A stretch of 64,000 nt of DNA, taken from positions 62,001 to 126,000 of the forward strand of contig OZ176054.1 in NCBI GenBank assembly GCA_964247055.1, read 5' to 3'. The stretch is from Paragordius varius (taxonomy: Eukaryota > Animalia > Nematomorpha). This document shows, piece by piece, positions 25,554 through 41,061 of this stretch. The notes beneath the pieces are model-generated. The model saw only the letters and a program-made list of their open reading frames with translations. It did not search any database and was not told the DNA's origin. How positions within the stretch are numbered: the stretch's first letter is position 1; each line of letters starts with the position of its first letter. The translations under genes and the position numbers were made by a program.

Positions 25554-28500
25554 ATGGCTACCTAAAATCCAAATTTGATCAGGTGATATCGCCATAATTT
25601 TTTTTGGGTAGCCCTATGGTAGTTCCATCCTCACCTTAAATATTTTTGAGATCGGGCTATAAATGTAATTTTTATGAATTTTTTAAATATTTAAAAAATT
25701 TATTTTATACGATTTTAAAAATAAAAATGGCTACCTAAAATCCAAATCTGATCAGGTGATGTCACCATAATTTTTTTGGGTAGCCCTATGGTAGTTCCAT
25801 CATCACCCCAAATATTGTCGAGATCGGAGTATAAATGTAATTTTTTTGAATTTTTTAAATATTTAAAAAATTTATTTTATACGATTTTAAAAATAAAAAT
25901 GGCTACCTAAAATCCAAATTTGATCAGGTGATGTCGCCATAATTTTTTTTGCGTAGCCCTATGGTAGTTTCATCATCACCCCAAATATTTTGGGGATCGG
26001 ACTATAAATGTAATTTTTATGAATTTTTTAAATATTTAAAAAATTTATTTTATACGATTTTAAAAATAAAAATGGCTACCTAAAATCCAAATTTGATCAG
26101 GTGATGTCACCATAATTCTTTTGGGTAGCCCTATGGTAGTTCCATCATCACCCCAAATATTTTCGAGATCGGAGTATAAATGTAATTTTTATGAATTTTT
26201 TAAATATTTAAAAAATTTATTTTATACGATTTTAAAAATAAAAATGGCTACCTAAAATCCAAATTTGATCAGGTGATGTCGCCATAATTTTTTTGGGTAG
26301 CCCTATGGTAGTTCCATCATCACCCCAAATATTTTGGGGATCGGACTATAAATGTAATTTTTATAATTTTTTAAATATTTAAAAAATTTATTTTATACGA
26401 TTTTAAAAATAAAAATGGCTACCTAAAATCCAAATTTGATCAGGTGATGTCACTATAATTTTTTTGGGTAGCCCTATGGTAGTTACATCATCACCCCAAA
26501 TATTTTGGGGATCGGACTATAAATGTAATTTTTATGAATTTTTTAAATATTTAAAAAATTTATTTTATACGATTTTAAAAATAAAAATGGCTACCTAAAA
26601 TCCAAATTTGATCAGGTGATGTCACCATAATTTTTTTTGGTAGCCCTATGGTAGTTCCATCATCACCCCAAATATTTTCGAGATCGGAGTATAAATGTAA
26701 TTTTTATGAATTTTTTAAATATTTAAAAAATTTATTTTATACGATTTTAAAAATAAAAATGGCTACCTAAAATCCAAATTTGATCACGTGATGTCGCCAT
26801 AACTTTTTTTGGGTAGCCCTATGGTAGTTCCATCATCACCCCAAATATTTTCGAGATCGGAGTATAAATGTAATTTTTATGAATTTTTTAAATATTTAAA
26901 AAATTTATTTTATACGATTTTAAAAATAAAAATGGCTACCTAAAATCCAAATTTGATCAGGTGATGTCACTATAATTTTTTTGGGTAGCCCTATGGTAGT
27001 TCCATCATCACCCCAAATATTTTGGGGATCGGACTATAAATGTAATTTTTATGAATTTTTTAAATATTTAAAAAATTTATTTTATACGATTTTAAAAATA
27101 AAAATGGCTACCTAAAATCCAAATTTGATCAGGTGATGTCACCATAATTTTTTTTGGGTAGCCCTATGGTAGTTCCATCATCACCCCAAATATCGAGATC
27201 GGAGTATAAATGTAATTTTTATGAATTTTTTAAATATTTAAAAAATTTATTTTATACGATTTTAAAAATAAAAATGGCTACCTAAAATCCAAATTTGATC
27301 AGGTGATGTCGCCATAATTTTTTTGGGTAGCCCTATGGTAGTTCCATCATCACCCCAAATATTTTGGAGATCGGGCTATAAATGTAATTTTTATGAATTT
27401 TTTAAATATTTAAAAAATTTATTTTATACGATTTTAAAAATAAAAATGGCTACCTAAAATCCAAATTTGATCAGGTGATGTCACCATAATTTTTTTTGGG
27501 TAAACCTATGGTAGTTCCATCATCACCCCAAATATTTTTGAGATCGGGCTATAAATCTAATTTTTATGAATTTTTTAAATATTTAAAAAATTTATTTTAT
27601 ACGATTTTAAAAATAAAAATGGCTACCTAAAATCCAAATTTGATCAGGTGATATCGCCATAATTTTTTTTGGGTAGCCCTATGGTAGTTCCATCCTCACC
27701 TTAAATATTTTTGAGATCGGGCTATAAATGTAATTTTTATGAATTTTTTAAATATTTAAAAAATTTATTTTATACGATTTTAAAAATAAAAATGGCTACC
27801 TAAAATACAAATTTGATCCGGTTATGTCACCATAATTTTTTTTGGGTAGCCCTATGGTAGTTCCATCATCACCCTAAATATTTTTGAGGGACTATAAATG
27901 TAATTTTTATAAATTTTTTAAATATAAAAAAAATTTATTTTATACGATTTTAAATATAAAAATGGCTACCTAAAATCCAAATTTGATCAGGTGATGTCGC
28001 CATAATTTTTTTTGGGTAGCCCTATGGTAGTTCCATCATCACCCCAAATATTTTTGAGATCGGACTATAAATGAAATTTTTATGAATTTTTTAAATATTT
28101 AAAAAATTTATTTTATACGATTTTAAAAATAAAAATGGCTACCTAAAATCCAAATTTGATCAGGTGATGTCACCATAATTTTTTTTGGGTAGCCCTATGG
28201 TAGTTCCATCATCACCCCAAATATTTTCGAGATCGGAGTATAAATGTAATTTTTATGAATTTTTTAAATATTTATAAAATTTATTTTATGCGATTTTAAA
28301 AATAAAAATGGCTACCTAAAATCCAAATTTGATCAGGTGATGTCACCATAATTTTTTTGGGTAGCCCTATGGTAGTTCCATCATCACCCCAAATATTTTG
28401 GGGATCGGACTATAAATGTAATTTTTATGAATTTTTTAAATATTTAAAAAATTTATTTTATACGATTTTAAAAATAAAAATGGCTACCTAAAATCCAAAT

Positions 28501-31500
28501 TTGATCAGGTGATATCGCCATAATTTTTTTTGGGTAGCCCTATGGTAGTTCCATCCTCGCCCCAAATATTTTTGAGATCGGGCTATAAATGTAATTTTTA
28601 TGAATTTTTTAAATATTTAAAAAATTTATTTTATACGATTTTAAAAATAAAAATGGCTACCTAAAATCCAAATTTGATCAGGTGATGTCACCATAATTTT
28701 TTTTGGTAGCCCTATGGTAGTTCCATCATCACCCCAAATATTTTCGAGATCGGAGTATAAATGTAATTTTTATGAATTTTTTAAATATTTAAAAAATTTA
28801 TTTTATACGATTTTAAAAATAAAAATGGCTACCTAAAATCCAAATTTGATCAGGTGATGTCGCCATAACTTTTTTTGGGTAGCCCTATGGTAGTTCCATC
28901 ATCACCCCAAATATTTTCGAGATCGGAGTATAAATGTAATTTTTATGAATTTTTTAAATATTTAAAAAATTTATTTTATACGATTTTAAAAATAAAAATG
29001 GCTACCTAAAATCCAAATTTGATCAGGTGATGTCACTATAATTTTTTTGGGTAGCCCTATGGTAGTTCCATCATCACCCCAAATATTGTCGAGATCGGAG
29101 TATAAATGTAATTTTTTTGAATTTTTTAAATATTTAAAAAATTTATTTTATACGATTTTAAAAACAAAAATGGCTACCTAATATCCAAATTTGATCAGGT
29201 GATGTCACCATAATTTTTTTGGGTAGCCCTATGGTAGTTCCATCATCACCCCAAATATTTTGGGGATCGGACTATAAATGTAATTTTTATGAATTTTTTA
29301 AATATTTAAAAAATTTATTTTATACGATTTTAAAAATAAAAATGGCTACCTAAAATCCAAATTTGATCAGGTGATGTCACCATAATTTTTTTTGGGTAGC
29401 CCTATGGTAGTTCCATCATCACCCCAAATATTTTGGAGATCGGGCTATAAATGTAAATTTTATGAATTTTTTAAATATTTAAAAAATTTATTTCATACGA
29501 TTTTAAAAATAAAAATGGCTACCTAAAATCCAAATTTGATCAGGTGATGTCGCCATAATTTTTTTTGGGTAGCCCTATGGTAGTTCCATCATCACCCCAA
29601 ATATTTTCGAGATCGGAGTATAAATGTAATTTTTATGAATTTTTTAAATATTTAAAAAATTTATTTTATACGATTTTAAAAATAAAAATGGCTACCTAAA
29701 ATCCAAATTTGATCAGGTGATGTCACCATAATTCTTTTGGTTAGCCCTATGGTAGTTCCATCATCACCCCAAATATTTTCGAGATCGGAGTATAAATGTA
29801 AATTTTATGAATTTTTTAAATATTTAAAAAATTTATTTTATACGATTTTAAAAATAAAAATGGCTACCTAAAATCCAAATTTGATCAGGTGATATCGCCA
29901 TAATTTTTTTTGGGTAGCCCTATGGTAGTTCCATCATCACCCCAAATATTTTCGAGATCGGAGTATAAATGTAATTTTTATGAATTTTTTAAATATTTAA
30001 TAAATTTATTTTATACGATTTTAAAAATAAAAATGGCTACCTAAAATCCAAATTTGATCAGGTGATGTCACTATAATTCTTTTGGTTAGCCCTATGGTAG
30101 TTCCATCATCACCCCAAATATTTTGGGGATCGGACTATAAATGTAATTTTTATGAATTTTTTAAATATTTAAAAAATTTATTTTATACGATTTTAAAAAT
30201 AAAAATGGCTACCTAGAATCCAAATTTGATCAGGTGATATCGCCATAATTTTTTTTGGGTAGCCCTATGGTAGTTCCATCCTCACCTTAAATATTTTCGA
30301 GATCGGAGTAAAATGTAATTTTTATGAATTTTTTAAATATTTAATAAATTTATTTTATACGATTTTAAAAATAAAAATGGCTACCTAAAATCCAAATTTG
30401 ATCAGGTGATGTCACTATAATTTTTTTGGGTAGCCCTATGGTAGTTCCATCATCACCCCAAATATTTTGGGGATCGGACTATAAATGTAATTTTTATGAA
30501 TTTTTTAAATATTTAAAAAATTTATTTTATACGATTTTAAAAATAAAAATGGCTACCTAGAATCCAAATTTGATCAGGTGATGTCACCATATATTTTTTT
30601 GGGTAGCCCTATGGTAGTTCCATTATCACCCCAAATATTTTCGAGATCGGAGTATAAATGTAATTTTTATGAATTTTTTAAATATTTATAAAATTTATTT
30701 TATGCGATTTTAAAAATAAAAATGGCTACCTAAAATCCAAATTTGATCAGGTGATGTCGCCATAATTTTTTTTGGGTAGCCCTATGGTAGTTCCATCATC
30801 ACCCCAAATATTTTCGAGATCGGAGTATAAATGTAATTTTTATGAATTTTTTAAATATTTAAAAAATTTATTTTATACGATTTTAAAAATAAAAATGGCT
30901 ACCTAAAATCCAAATTTGATCAGGTGATGTCACCATAATTCTTTTGGGTAGCCCTATGGTAGTTCCATCATCACCCCATATATTTTCGAGATCGGAGTAT
31001 AAATGTAATTTTTATGAATTTTTTAAATATTTAAAAAATTTATTTTATACGATTTTAAAAATAAAAATGGCTACCTAAAATCCAAATTTGATCAGGTGAT
31101 GTCACTATAATTTTTTTGGGTAGCCCTATGGTAGTTCCATCATCACCCCAAATATTTTGGGGATCGGACTATAAATGTAATTTTTATGAATTTTTTAAAT
31201 ATTTAAAAAATTTATTTTATACGATTTAAAAAATAAAAATGGCTACCTAAAATCCAAATTTGATCAGGTGATGTCGCCATAATTTTTTTTGGGTAGCCCT
31301 ATGGTAGTTCCATCATAACCCCAAATATTTTTGAGATCGGACTTTAAATGTAAATTTTATGAATTTTTAAAATATTTAAAAAATTTATTTTATACGATTT
31401 TAAAAATAAAAATGGCTACCTAAAATCCTAATTTGATCAGGTGATGTCACTATAATTTTTTTGGGTAGCCCTATGGTAGTTCCATAATCACCCCAAATAT

Positions 31501-33307
31501 TTTCGAGATCGGAGTATAAATGTAATTTTTATGAATTTTTTAAATATTTAAAAAATTTATTTTATACGATTTTAAAAATAAAAATGGCTACCTAAAATCC
31601 AAATTTGATCAGGTGATATCGCCATAATTTTTTTTAGGTAGCCCTATGTTAGTTCCATCATCACACCAAATATTTTCGAGATCGGAGTAAAATGTAATTT
31701 TTATGAATTTTTTAAATATTTAATAAATTTATTTTATACGATTTTAAAAATAAAAATGGCTACCTAAAATCCTAATTTGATCAGGTGATGTCACTATAAT
31801 TTTTTTGGGTAGCCCTATGGTAGTTCCATAATCACCCCAAATATTTTCGAGATCGGAGTATAAATGTAATTTTTATGAATTTTTTAAATATTTAAAAAAT
31901 TTATTTTATACGATTTTAAAAATAAAAATGGCTACCTAAAATCCAAATTTGATCAGGTGATATCGCCATAATTTTTTTTGGGTAGCCCTATGGTAGTTCC
32001 ATCCTCACCTTAAATATTTTCGAGATCGGAGTAAAATGTAATTTTTATGAATTTTTTAAATATTTAATAAATTTATTTTATACGATTTTAAAAATAAAAA
32101 TGGCTACCTAAAATCCAAATTTGATCAGGTGATGTCACTATAATTTATTTTGGGTAGCCCTATGGTAGTTCCATCATCACCCCAAATATTTTGGGGATCG
32201 GACTATAAATGTAATTTTTATGAATTTTTTAAATATTTAAAAAATTTATTTTATACGATTTTAAAAATAAAAATGGCTACCTAAAATCCAAATTTGATCA
32301 GGTGATGTCACCATAATTTTTTTTGGGTAGCCCTATGGTAGTTCCATTATCACCCCAAATATTTTCGAGATCGGAGTATAAATGTAATTTTTATGAATTT
32401 TTTAAATATTTATAAAATTTATTTTATGCGATTTTAAAAATAAAAATGGCTACCTAAAATCCAAATTTGATCAGGTGATGTCGCCATAATTTTTTTTGGG
32501 TAGCCCTATGGTAGTTCCATCATCACCCCAAATATTTTCGAGATCGGAGTATAAATGTAATTTTTATGAATTTTTTAAATATTTAATAAATTTATTTTAT
32601 ACGATTTTAAAAATAAAAATGGCTACCTAAAATCCAAATTTGATCAGGTGATGTCACCATAATTCTTTTGGTTAGCCCTATGGTAGTTCCATCATCACCC
32701 CAAATATTTTCGAGATCGGAGTATAAATGTAATTTTTATGAATTTTTTAAATATTTAAAAAATTTATTTTATACGATTTTAAAAATAAAAATGGCTACCT
32801 AAAATCCAAATTTGATCAGGTGATATCGCCATAATTTTTTTTGGGTAGCCCTATGGTAGTTCCATCCTCACCTTAAATATTTTCGAGATCGGAGTAAAAT
32901 GTAATTTTTATGAATTTTTTAAATATTTAATAAATTTATTTTATACGATTTTAAAAATAAAAATGGCTACCTAGAATCCAAATTTGATCAGGTGATGTCA
33001 CTATAATTTTTTTGGGTAGCCCTATGGTAGTTCCATCATCACCCCAAATATTTTGGGGATCGGACTATAAATGTAATTTTTATGAATTTTTTAAATATTT
33101 AAAAAATTTATTTTATACGATTTTAAAAATAAAAATGGCTACCTAGAATCCAAATTTGATCAGGTGATGTCACCATAATTCTTTTTGGGTAGCCCTATGG
33201 TAGTTCCATTATCACCCCAAATATTTTCGAGATCGGAGTATAAATGTAATTTTTATGAATTTTTTAAATATTTATAAAATTTATTTTATGCGATTTTAAA
33301 AATAAAA
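25554..33307 (+). repeat. 45-monomer (7,754-bp) tandem duplication, copy 1
   Basis: Constant offset of 7754 at every spot check: AAATCTGATC monomer 25727/33481, AAATATCGAG 27181/34935, TAGAATCC monomer 33135/40889. Confidence 0.93.
26072..28134 (+). repeat. 12-monomer higher-order repeat, copy 1 (copy 2 at 33826-35888)
   Basis: Ordered marks: TTCTTTT; CGCC-GGGG; CACT-TTACA; TTTTGGTAG; CACGT/AACT; CACT; ATATCGAG; CGCC; TAAACC/AATCTAA; GATATCGCC; AATACAA/CCGGTTATG; AATGAAA. Confidence 0.9.
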
Positions 33308-36300
33308 ATGGCTACCTAGAATCCAAATTTGATCAGGTGATATCGCCATAATTTTTTTTGGGTAGCCCTATGGTAGTTCCATCCTCACCTTAAATATTTT
33401 TGAGATCGGGCTATAAATGTAATTTTTATGAATTTTTTAAATATTTAAAAAATTTATTTTATACGATTTTAAAAATAAAAATGGCTACCTAAAATCCAAA
33501 TCTGATCAGGTGATGTCACCATAATTTTTTTGGGTAGCCCTATGGTAGTTCCATCATCACCCCAAATATTGTCGAGATCGGAGTATAAATGTAATTTTTT
33601 TGAATTTTTTAAATATTTAAAAAATTTATTTTATACGATTTTAAAAATAAAAATGGCTACCTAAAATCCAAATTTGATCAGGTGATGTCGCCATAATTTT
33701 TTTTGCGTAGCCCTATGGTAGTTTCATCATCACCCCAAATATTTTGGGGATCGGACTATAAATGTAATTTTTATGAATTTTTTAAATATTTAAAAAATTT
33801 ATTTTATACGATTTTAAAAATAAAAATGGCTACCTAAAATCCAAATTTGATCAGGTGATGTCACCATAATTCTTTTGGGTAGCCCTATGGTAGTTCCATC
33901 ATCACCCCAAATATTTTCGAGATCGGAGTATAAATGTAATTTTTATGAATTTTTTAAATATTTAAAAAATTTATTTTATACGATTTTAAAAATAAAAATG
34001 GCTACCTAAAATCCAAATTTGATCAGGTGATGTCGCCATAATTTTTTTGGGTAGCCCTATGGTAGTTCCATCATCACCCCAAATATTTTGGGGATCGGAC
34101 TATAAATGTAATTTTTATAATTTTTTAAATATTTAAAAAATTTATTTTATACGATTTTAAAAATAAAAATGGCTACCTAAAATCCAAATTTGATCAGGTG
34201 ATGTCACTATAATTTTTTTGGGTAGCCCTATGGTAGTTACATCATCACCCCAAATATTTTGGGGATCGGACTATAAATGTAATTTTTATGAATTTTTTAA
34301 ATATTTAAAAAATTTATTTTATACGATTTTAAAAATAAAAATGGCTACCTAAAATCCAAATTTGATCAGGTGATGTCACCATAATTTTTTTTGGTAGCCC
34401 TATGGTAGTTCCATCATCACCCCAAATATTTTCGAGATCGGAGTATAAATGTAATTTTTATGAATTTTTTAAATATTTAAAAAATTTATTTTATACGATT
34501 TTAAAAATAAAAATGGCTACCTAAAATCCAAATTTGATCACGTGATGTCGCCATAACTTTTTTTGGGTAGCCCTATGGTAGTTCCATCATCACCCCAAAT
34601 ATTTTCGAGATCGGAGTATAAATGTAATTTTTATGAATTTTTTAAATATTTAAAAAATTTATTTTATACGATTTTAAAAATAAAAATGGCTACCTAAAAT
34701 CCAAATTTGATCAGGTGATGTCACTATAATTTTTTTGGGTAGCCCTATGGTAGTTCCATCATCACCCCAAATATTTTGGGGATCGGACTATAAATGTAAT
34801 TTTTATGAATTTTTTAAATATTTAAAAAATTTATTTTATACGATTTTAAAAATAAAAATGGCTACCTAAAATCCAAATTTGATCAGGTGATGTCACCATA
34901 ATTTTTTTTGGGTAGCCCTATGGTAGTTCCATCATCACCCCAAATATCGAGATCGGAGTATAAATGTAATTTTTATGAATTTTTTAAATATTTAAAAAAT
35001 TTATTTTATACGATTTTAAAAATAAAAATGGCTACCTAAAATCCAAATTTGATCAGGTGATGTCGCCATAATTTTTTTGGGTAGCCCTATGGTAGTTCCA
35101 TCATCACCCCAAATATTTTGGAGATCGGGCTATAAATGTAATTTTTATGAATTTTTTAAATATTTAAAAAATTTATTTTATACGATTTTAAAAATAAAAA
35201 TGGCTACCTAAAATCCAAATTTGATCAGGTGATGTCACCATAATTTTTTTTGGGTAAACCTATGGTAGTTCCATCATCACCCCAAATATTTTTGAGATCG
35301 GGCTATAAATCTAATTTTTATGAATTTTTTAAATATTTAAAAAATTTATTTTATACGATTTTAAAAATAAAAATGGCTACCTAAAATCCAAATTTGATCA
35401 GGTGATATCGCCATAATTTTTTTTGGGTAGCCCTATGGTAGTTCCATCCTCACCTTAAATATTTTTGAGATCGGGCTATAAATGTAATTTTTATGAATTT
35501 TTTAAATATTTAAAAAATTTATTTTATACGATTTTAAAAATAAAAATGGCTACCTAAAATACAAATTTGATCCGGTTATGTCACCATAATTTTTTTTGGG
35601 TAGCCCTATGGTAGTTCCATCATCACCCTAAATATTTTTGAGGGACTATAAATGTAATTTTTATAAATTTTTTAAATATAAAAAAAATTTATTTTATACG
35701 ATTTTAAATATAAAAATGGCTACCTAAAATCCAAATTTGATCAGGTGATGTCGCCATAATTTTTTTTGGGTAGCCCTATGGTAGTTCCATCATCACCCCA
35801 AATATTTTTGAGATCGGACTATAAATGAAATTTTTATGAATTTTTTAAATATTTAAAAAATTTATTTTATACGATTTTAAAAATAAAAATGGCTACCTAA
35901 AATCCAAATTTGATCAGGTGATGTCACCATAATTTTTTTTGGGTAGCCCTATGGTAGTTCCATCATCACCCCAAATATTTTCGAGATCGGAGTATAAATG
36001 TAATTTTTATGAATTTTTTAAATATTTATAAAATTTATTTTATGCGATTTTAAAAATAAAAATGGCTACCTAAAATCCAAATTTGATCAGGTGATGTCAC
36101 CATAATTTTTTTGGGTAGCCCTATGGTAGTTCCATCATCACCCCAAATATTTTGGGGATCGGACTATAAATGTAATTTTTATGAATTTTTTAAATATTTA
36201 AAAAATTTATTTTATACGATTTTAAAAATAAAAATGGCTACCTAAAATCCAAATTTGATCAGGTGATATCGCCATAATTTTTTTTGGGTAGCCCTATGGT

Positions 36301-39300
36301 AGTTCCATCCTCGCCCCAAATATTTTTGAGATCGGGCTATAAATGTAATTTTTATGAATTTTTTAAATATTTAAAAAATTTATTTTATACGATTTTAAAA
36401 ATAAAAATGGCTACCTAAAATCCAAATTTGATCAGGTGATGTCACCATAATTTTTTTTGGTAGCCCTATGGTAGTTCCATCATCACCCCAAATATTTTCG
36501 AGATCGGAGTATAAATGTAATTTTTATGAATTTTTTAAATATTTAAAAAATTTATTTTATACGATTTTAAAAATAAAAATGGCTACCTAAAATCCAAATT
36601 TGATCAGGTGATGTCGCCATAACTTTTTTTGGGTAGCCCTATGGTAGTTCCATCATCACCCCAAATATTTTCGAGATCGGAGTATAAATGTAATTTTTAT
36701 GAATTTTTTAAATATTTAAAAAATTTATTTTATACGATTTTAAAAATAAAAATGGCTACCTAAAATCCAAATTTGATCAGGTGATGTCACTATAATTTTT
36801 TTGGGTAGCCCTATGGTAGTTCCATCATCACCCCAAATATTGTCGAGATCGGAGTATAAATGTAATTTTTTTGAATTTTTTAAATATTTAAAAAATTTAT
36901 TTTATACGATTTTAAAAACAAAAATGGCTACCTAATATCCAAATTTGATCAGGTGATGTCACCATAATTTTTTTGGGTAGCCCTATGGTAGTTCCATCAT
37001 CACCCCAAATATTTTGGGGATCGGACTATAAATGTAATTTTTATGAATTTTTTAAATATTTAAAAAATTTATTTTATACGATTTTAAAAATAAAAATGGC
37101 TACCTAAAATCCAAATTTGATCAGGTGATGTCACCATAATTTTTTTTGGGTAGCCCTATGGTAGTTCCATCATCACCCCAAATATTTTGGAGATCGGGCT
37201 ATAAATGTAAATTTTATGAATTTTTTAAATATTTAAAAAATTTATTTCATACGATTTTAAAAATAAAAATGGCTACCTAAAATCCAAATTTGATCAGGTG
37301 ATGTCGCCATAATTTTTTTTGGGTAGCCCTATGGTAGTTCCATCATCACCCCAAATATTTTCGAGATCGGAGTATAAATGTAATTTTTATGAATTTTTTA
37401 AATATTTAAAAAATTTATTTTATACGATTTTAAAAATAAAAATGGCTACCTAAAATCCAAATTTGATCAGGTGATGTCACCATAATTCTTTTGGTTAGCC
37501 CTATGGTAGTTCCATCATCACCCCAAATATTTTCGAGATCGGAGTATAAATGTAAATTTTATGAATTTTTTAAATATTTAAAAAATTTATTTTATACGAT
37601 TTTAAAAATAAAAATGGCTACCTAAAATCCAAATTTGATCAGGTGATATCGCCATAATTTTTTTTGGGTAGCCCTATGGTAGTTCCATCATCACCCCAAA
37701 TATTTTCGAGATCGGAGTATAAATGTAATTTTTATGAATTTTTTAAATATTTAATAAATTTATTTTATACGATTTTAAAAATAAAAATGGCTACCTAAAA
37801 TCCAAATTTGATCAGGTGATGTCACTATAATTCTTTTGGTTAGCCCTATGGTAGTTCCATCATCACCCCAAATATTTTGGGGATCGGACTATAAATGTAA
37901 TTTTTATGAATTTTTTAAATATTTAAAAAATTTATTTTATACGATTTTAAAAATAAAAATGGCTACCTAGAATCCAAATTTGATCAGGTGATATCGCCAT
38001 AATTTTTTTTGGGTAGCCCTATGGTAGTTCCATCCTCACCTTAAATATTTTCGAGATCGGAGTAAAATGTAATTTTTATGAATTTTTTAAATATTTAATA
38101 AATTTATTTTATACGATTTTAAAAATAAAAATGGCTACCTAAAATCCAAATTTGATCAGGTGATGTCACTATAATTTTTTTGGGTAGCCCTATGGTAGTT
38201 CCATCATCACCCCAAATATTTTGGGGATCGGACTATAAATGTAATTTTTATGAATTTTTTAAATATTTAAAAAATTTATTTTATACGATTTTAAAAATAA
38301 AAATGGCTACCTAGAATCCAAATTTGATCAGGTGATGTCACCATATATTTTTTTGGGTAGCCCTATGGTAGTTCCATTATCACCCCAAATATTTTCGAGA
38401 TCGGAGTATAAATGTAATTTTTATGAATTTTTTAAATATTTATAAAATTTATTTTATGCGATTTTAAAAATAAAAATGGCTACCTAAAATCCAAATTTGA
38501 TCAGGTGATGTCGCCATAATTTTTTTTGGGTAGCCCTATGGTAGTTCCATCATCACCCCAAATATTTTCGAGATCGGAGTATAAATGTAATTTTTATGAA
38601 TTTTTTAAATATTTAAAAAATTTATTTTATACGATTTTAAAAATAAAAATGGCTACCTAAAATCCAAATTTGATCAGGTGATGTCACCATAATTCTTTTG
38701 GGTAGCCCTATGGTAGTTCCATCATCACCCCATATATTTTCGAGATCGGAGTATAAATGTAATTTTTATGAATTTTTTAAATATTTAAAAAATTTATTTT
38801 ATACGATTTTAAAAATAAAAATGGCTACCTAAAATCCAAATTTGATCAGGTGATGTCACTATAATTTTTTTGGGTAGCCCTATGGTAGTTCCATCATCAC
38901 CCCAAATATTTTGGGGATCGGACTATAAATGTAATTTTTATGAATTTTTTAAATATTTAAAAAATTTATTTTATACGATTTAAAAAATAAAAATGGCTAC
39001 CTAAAATCCAAATTTGATCAGGTGATGTCGCCATAATTTTTTTTGGGTAGCCCTATGGTAGTTCCATCATAACCCCAAATATTTTTGAGATCGGACTTTA
39101 AATGTAAATTTTATGAATTTTTAAAATATTTAAAAAATTTATTTTATACGATTTTAAAAATAAAAATGGCTACCTAAAATCCTAATTTGATCAGGTGATG
39201 TCACTATAATTTTTTTGGGTAGCCCTATGGTAGTTCCATAATCACCCCAAATATTTTCGAGATCGGAGTATAAATGTAATTTTTATGAATTTTTTAAATA

Positions 39301-41061
39301 TTTAAAAAATTTATTTTATACGATTTTAAAAATAAAAATGGCTACCTAAAATCCAAATTTGATCAGGTGATATCGCCATAATTTTTTTTAGGTAGCCCTA
39401 TGTTAGTTCCATCATCACACCAAATATTTTCGAGATCGGAGTAAAATGTAATTTTTATGAATTTTTTAAATATTTAATAAATTTATTTTATACGATTTTA
39501 AAAATAAAAATGGCTACCTAAAATCCTAATTTGATCAGGTGATGTCACTATAATTTTTTTGGGTAGCCCTATGGTAGTTCCATAATCACCCCAAATATTT
39601 TCGAGATCGGAGTATAAATGTAATTTTTATGAATTTTTTAAATATTTAAAAAATTTATTTTATACGATTTTAAAAATAAAAATGGCTACCTAAAATCCAA
39701 ATTTGATCAGGTGATATCGCCATAATTTTTTTTGGGTAGCCCTATGGTAGTTCCATCCTCACCTTAAATATTTTCGAGATCGGAGTAAAATGTAATTTTT
39801 ATGAATTTTTTAAATATTTAATAAATTTATTTTATACGATTTTAAAAATAAAAATGGCTACCTAAAATCCAAATTTGATCAGGTGATGTCACTATAATTT
39901 ATTTTGGGTAGCCCTATGGTAGTTCCATCATCACCCCAAATATTTTGGGGATCGGACTATAAATGTAATTTTTATGAATTTTTTAAATATTTAAAAAATT
40001 TATTTTATACGATTTTAAAAATAAAAATGGCTACCTAAAATCCAAATTTGATCAGGTGATGTCACCATAATTTTTTTTGGGTAGCCCTATGGTAGTTCCA
40101 TTATCACCCCAAATATTTTCGAGATCGGAGTATAAATGTAATTTTTATGAATTTTTTAAATATTTATAAAATTTATTTTATGCGATTTTAAAAATAAAAA
40201 TGGCTACCTAAAATCCAAATTTGATCAGGTGATGTCGCCATAATTTTTTTTGGGTAGCCCTATGGTAGTTCCATCATCACCCCAAATATTTTCGAGATCG
40301 GAGTATAAATGTAATTTTTATGAATTTTTTAAATATTTAATAAATTTATTTTATACGATTTTAAAAATAAAAATGGCTACCTAAAATCCAAATTTGATCA
40401 GGTGATGTCACCATAATTCTTTTGGTTAGCCCTATGGTAGTTCCATCATCACCCCAAATATTTTCGAGATCGGAGTATAAATGTAATTTTTATGAATTTT
40501 TTAAATATTTAAAAAATTTATTTTATACGATTTTAAAAATAAAAATGGCTACCTAAAATCCAAATTTGATCAGGTGATATCGCCATAATTTTTTTTGGGT
40601 AGCCCTATGGTAGTTCCATCCTCACCTTAAATATTTTCGAGATCGGAGTAAAATGTAATTTTTATGAATTTTTTAAATATTTAATAAATTTATTTTATAC
40701 GATTTTAAAAATAAAAATGGCTACCTAGAATCCAAATTTGATCAGGTGATGTCACTATAATTTTTTTGGGTAGCCCTATGGTAGTTCCATCATCACCCCA
40801 AATATTTTGGGGATCGGACTATAAATGTAATTTTTATGAATTTTTTAAATATTTAAAAAATTTATTTTATACGATTTTAAAAATAAAAATGGCTACCTAG
40901 AATCCAAATTTGATCAGGTGATGTCACCATATATTTTTTTGGGTAGCCCTATGGTAGTTCCATTATCACCCCAAATATTTTCGAGATCGGAGTATAAATG
41001 TAATTTTTATGAATTTTTTAAATATTTATAAAATTTATTTTATGCGATTTTAAAAATAAAA
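33308..41061 (+). repeat. 45-monomer (7,754-bp) tandem duplication, copy 2
   Basis: Same variant order as 25554-33307. The junction monomer at 33308 is chimeric. Confidence 0.93.
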
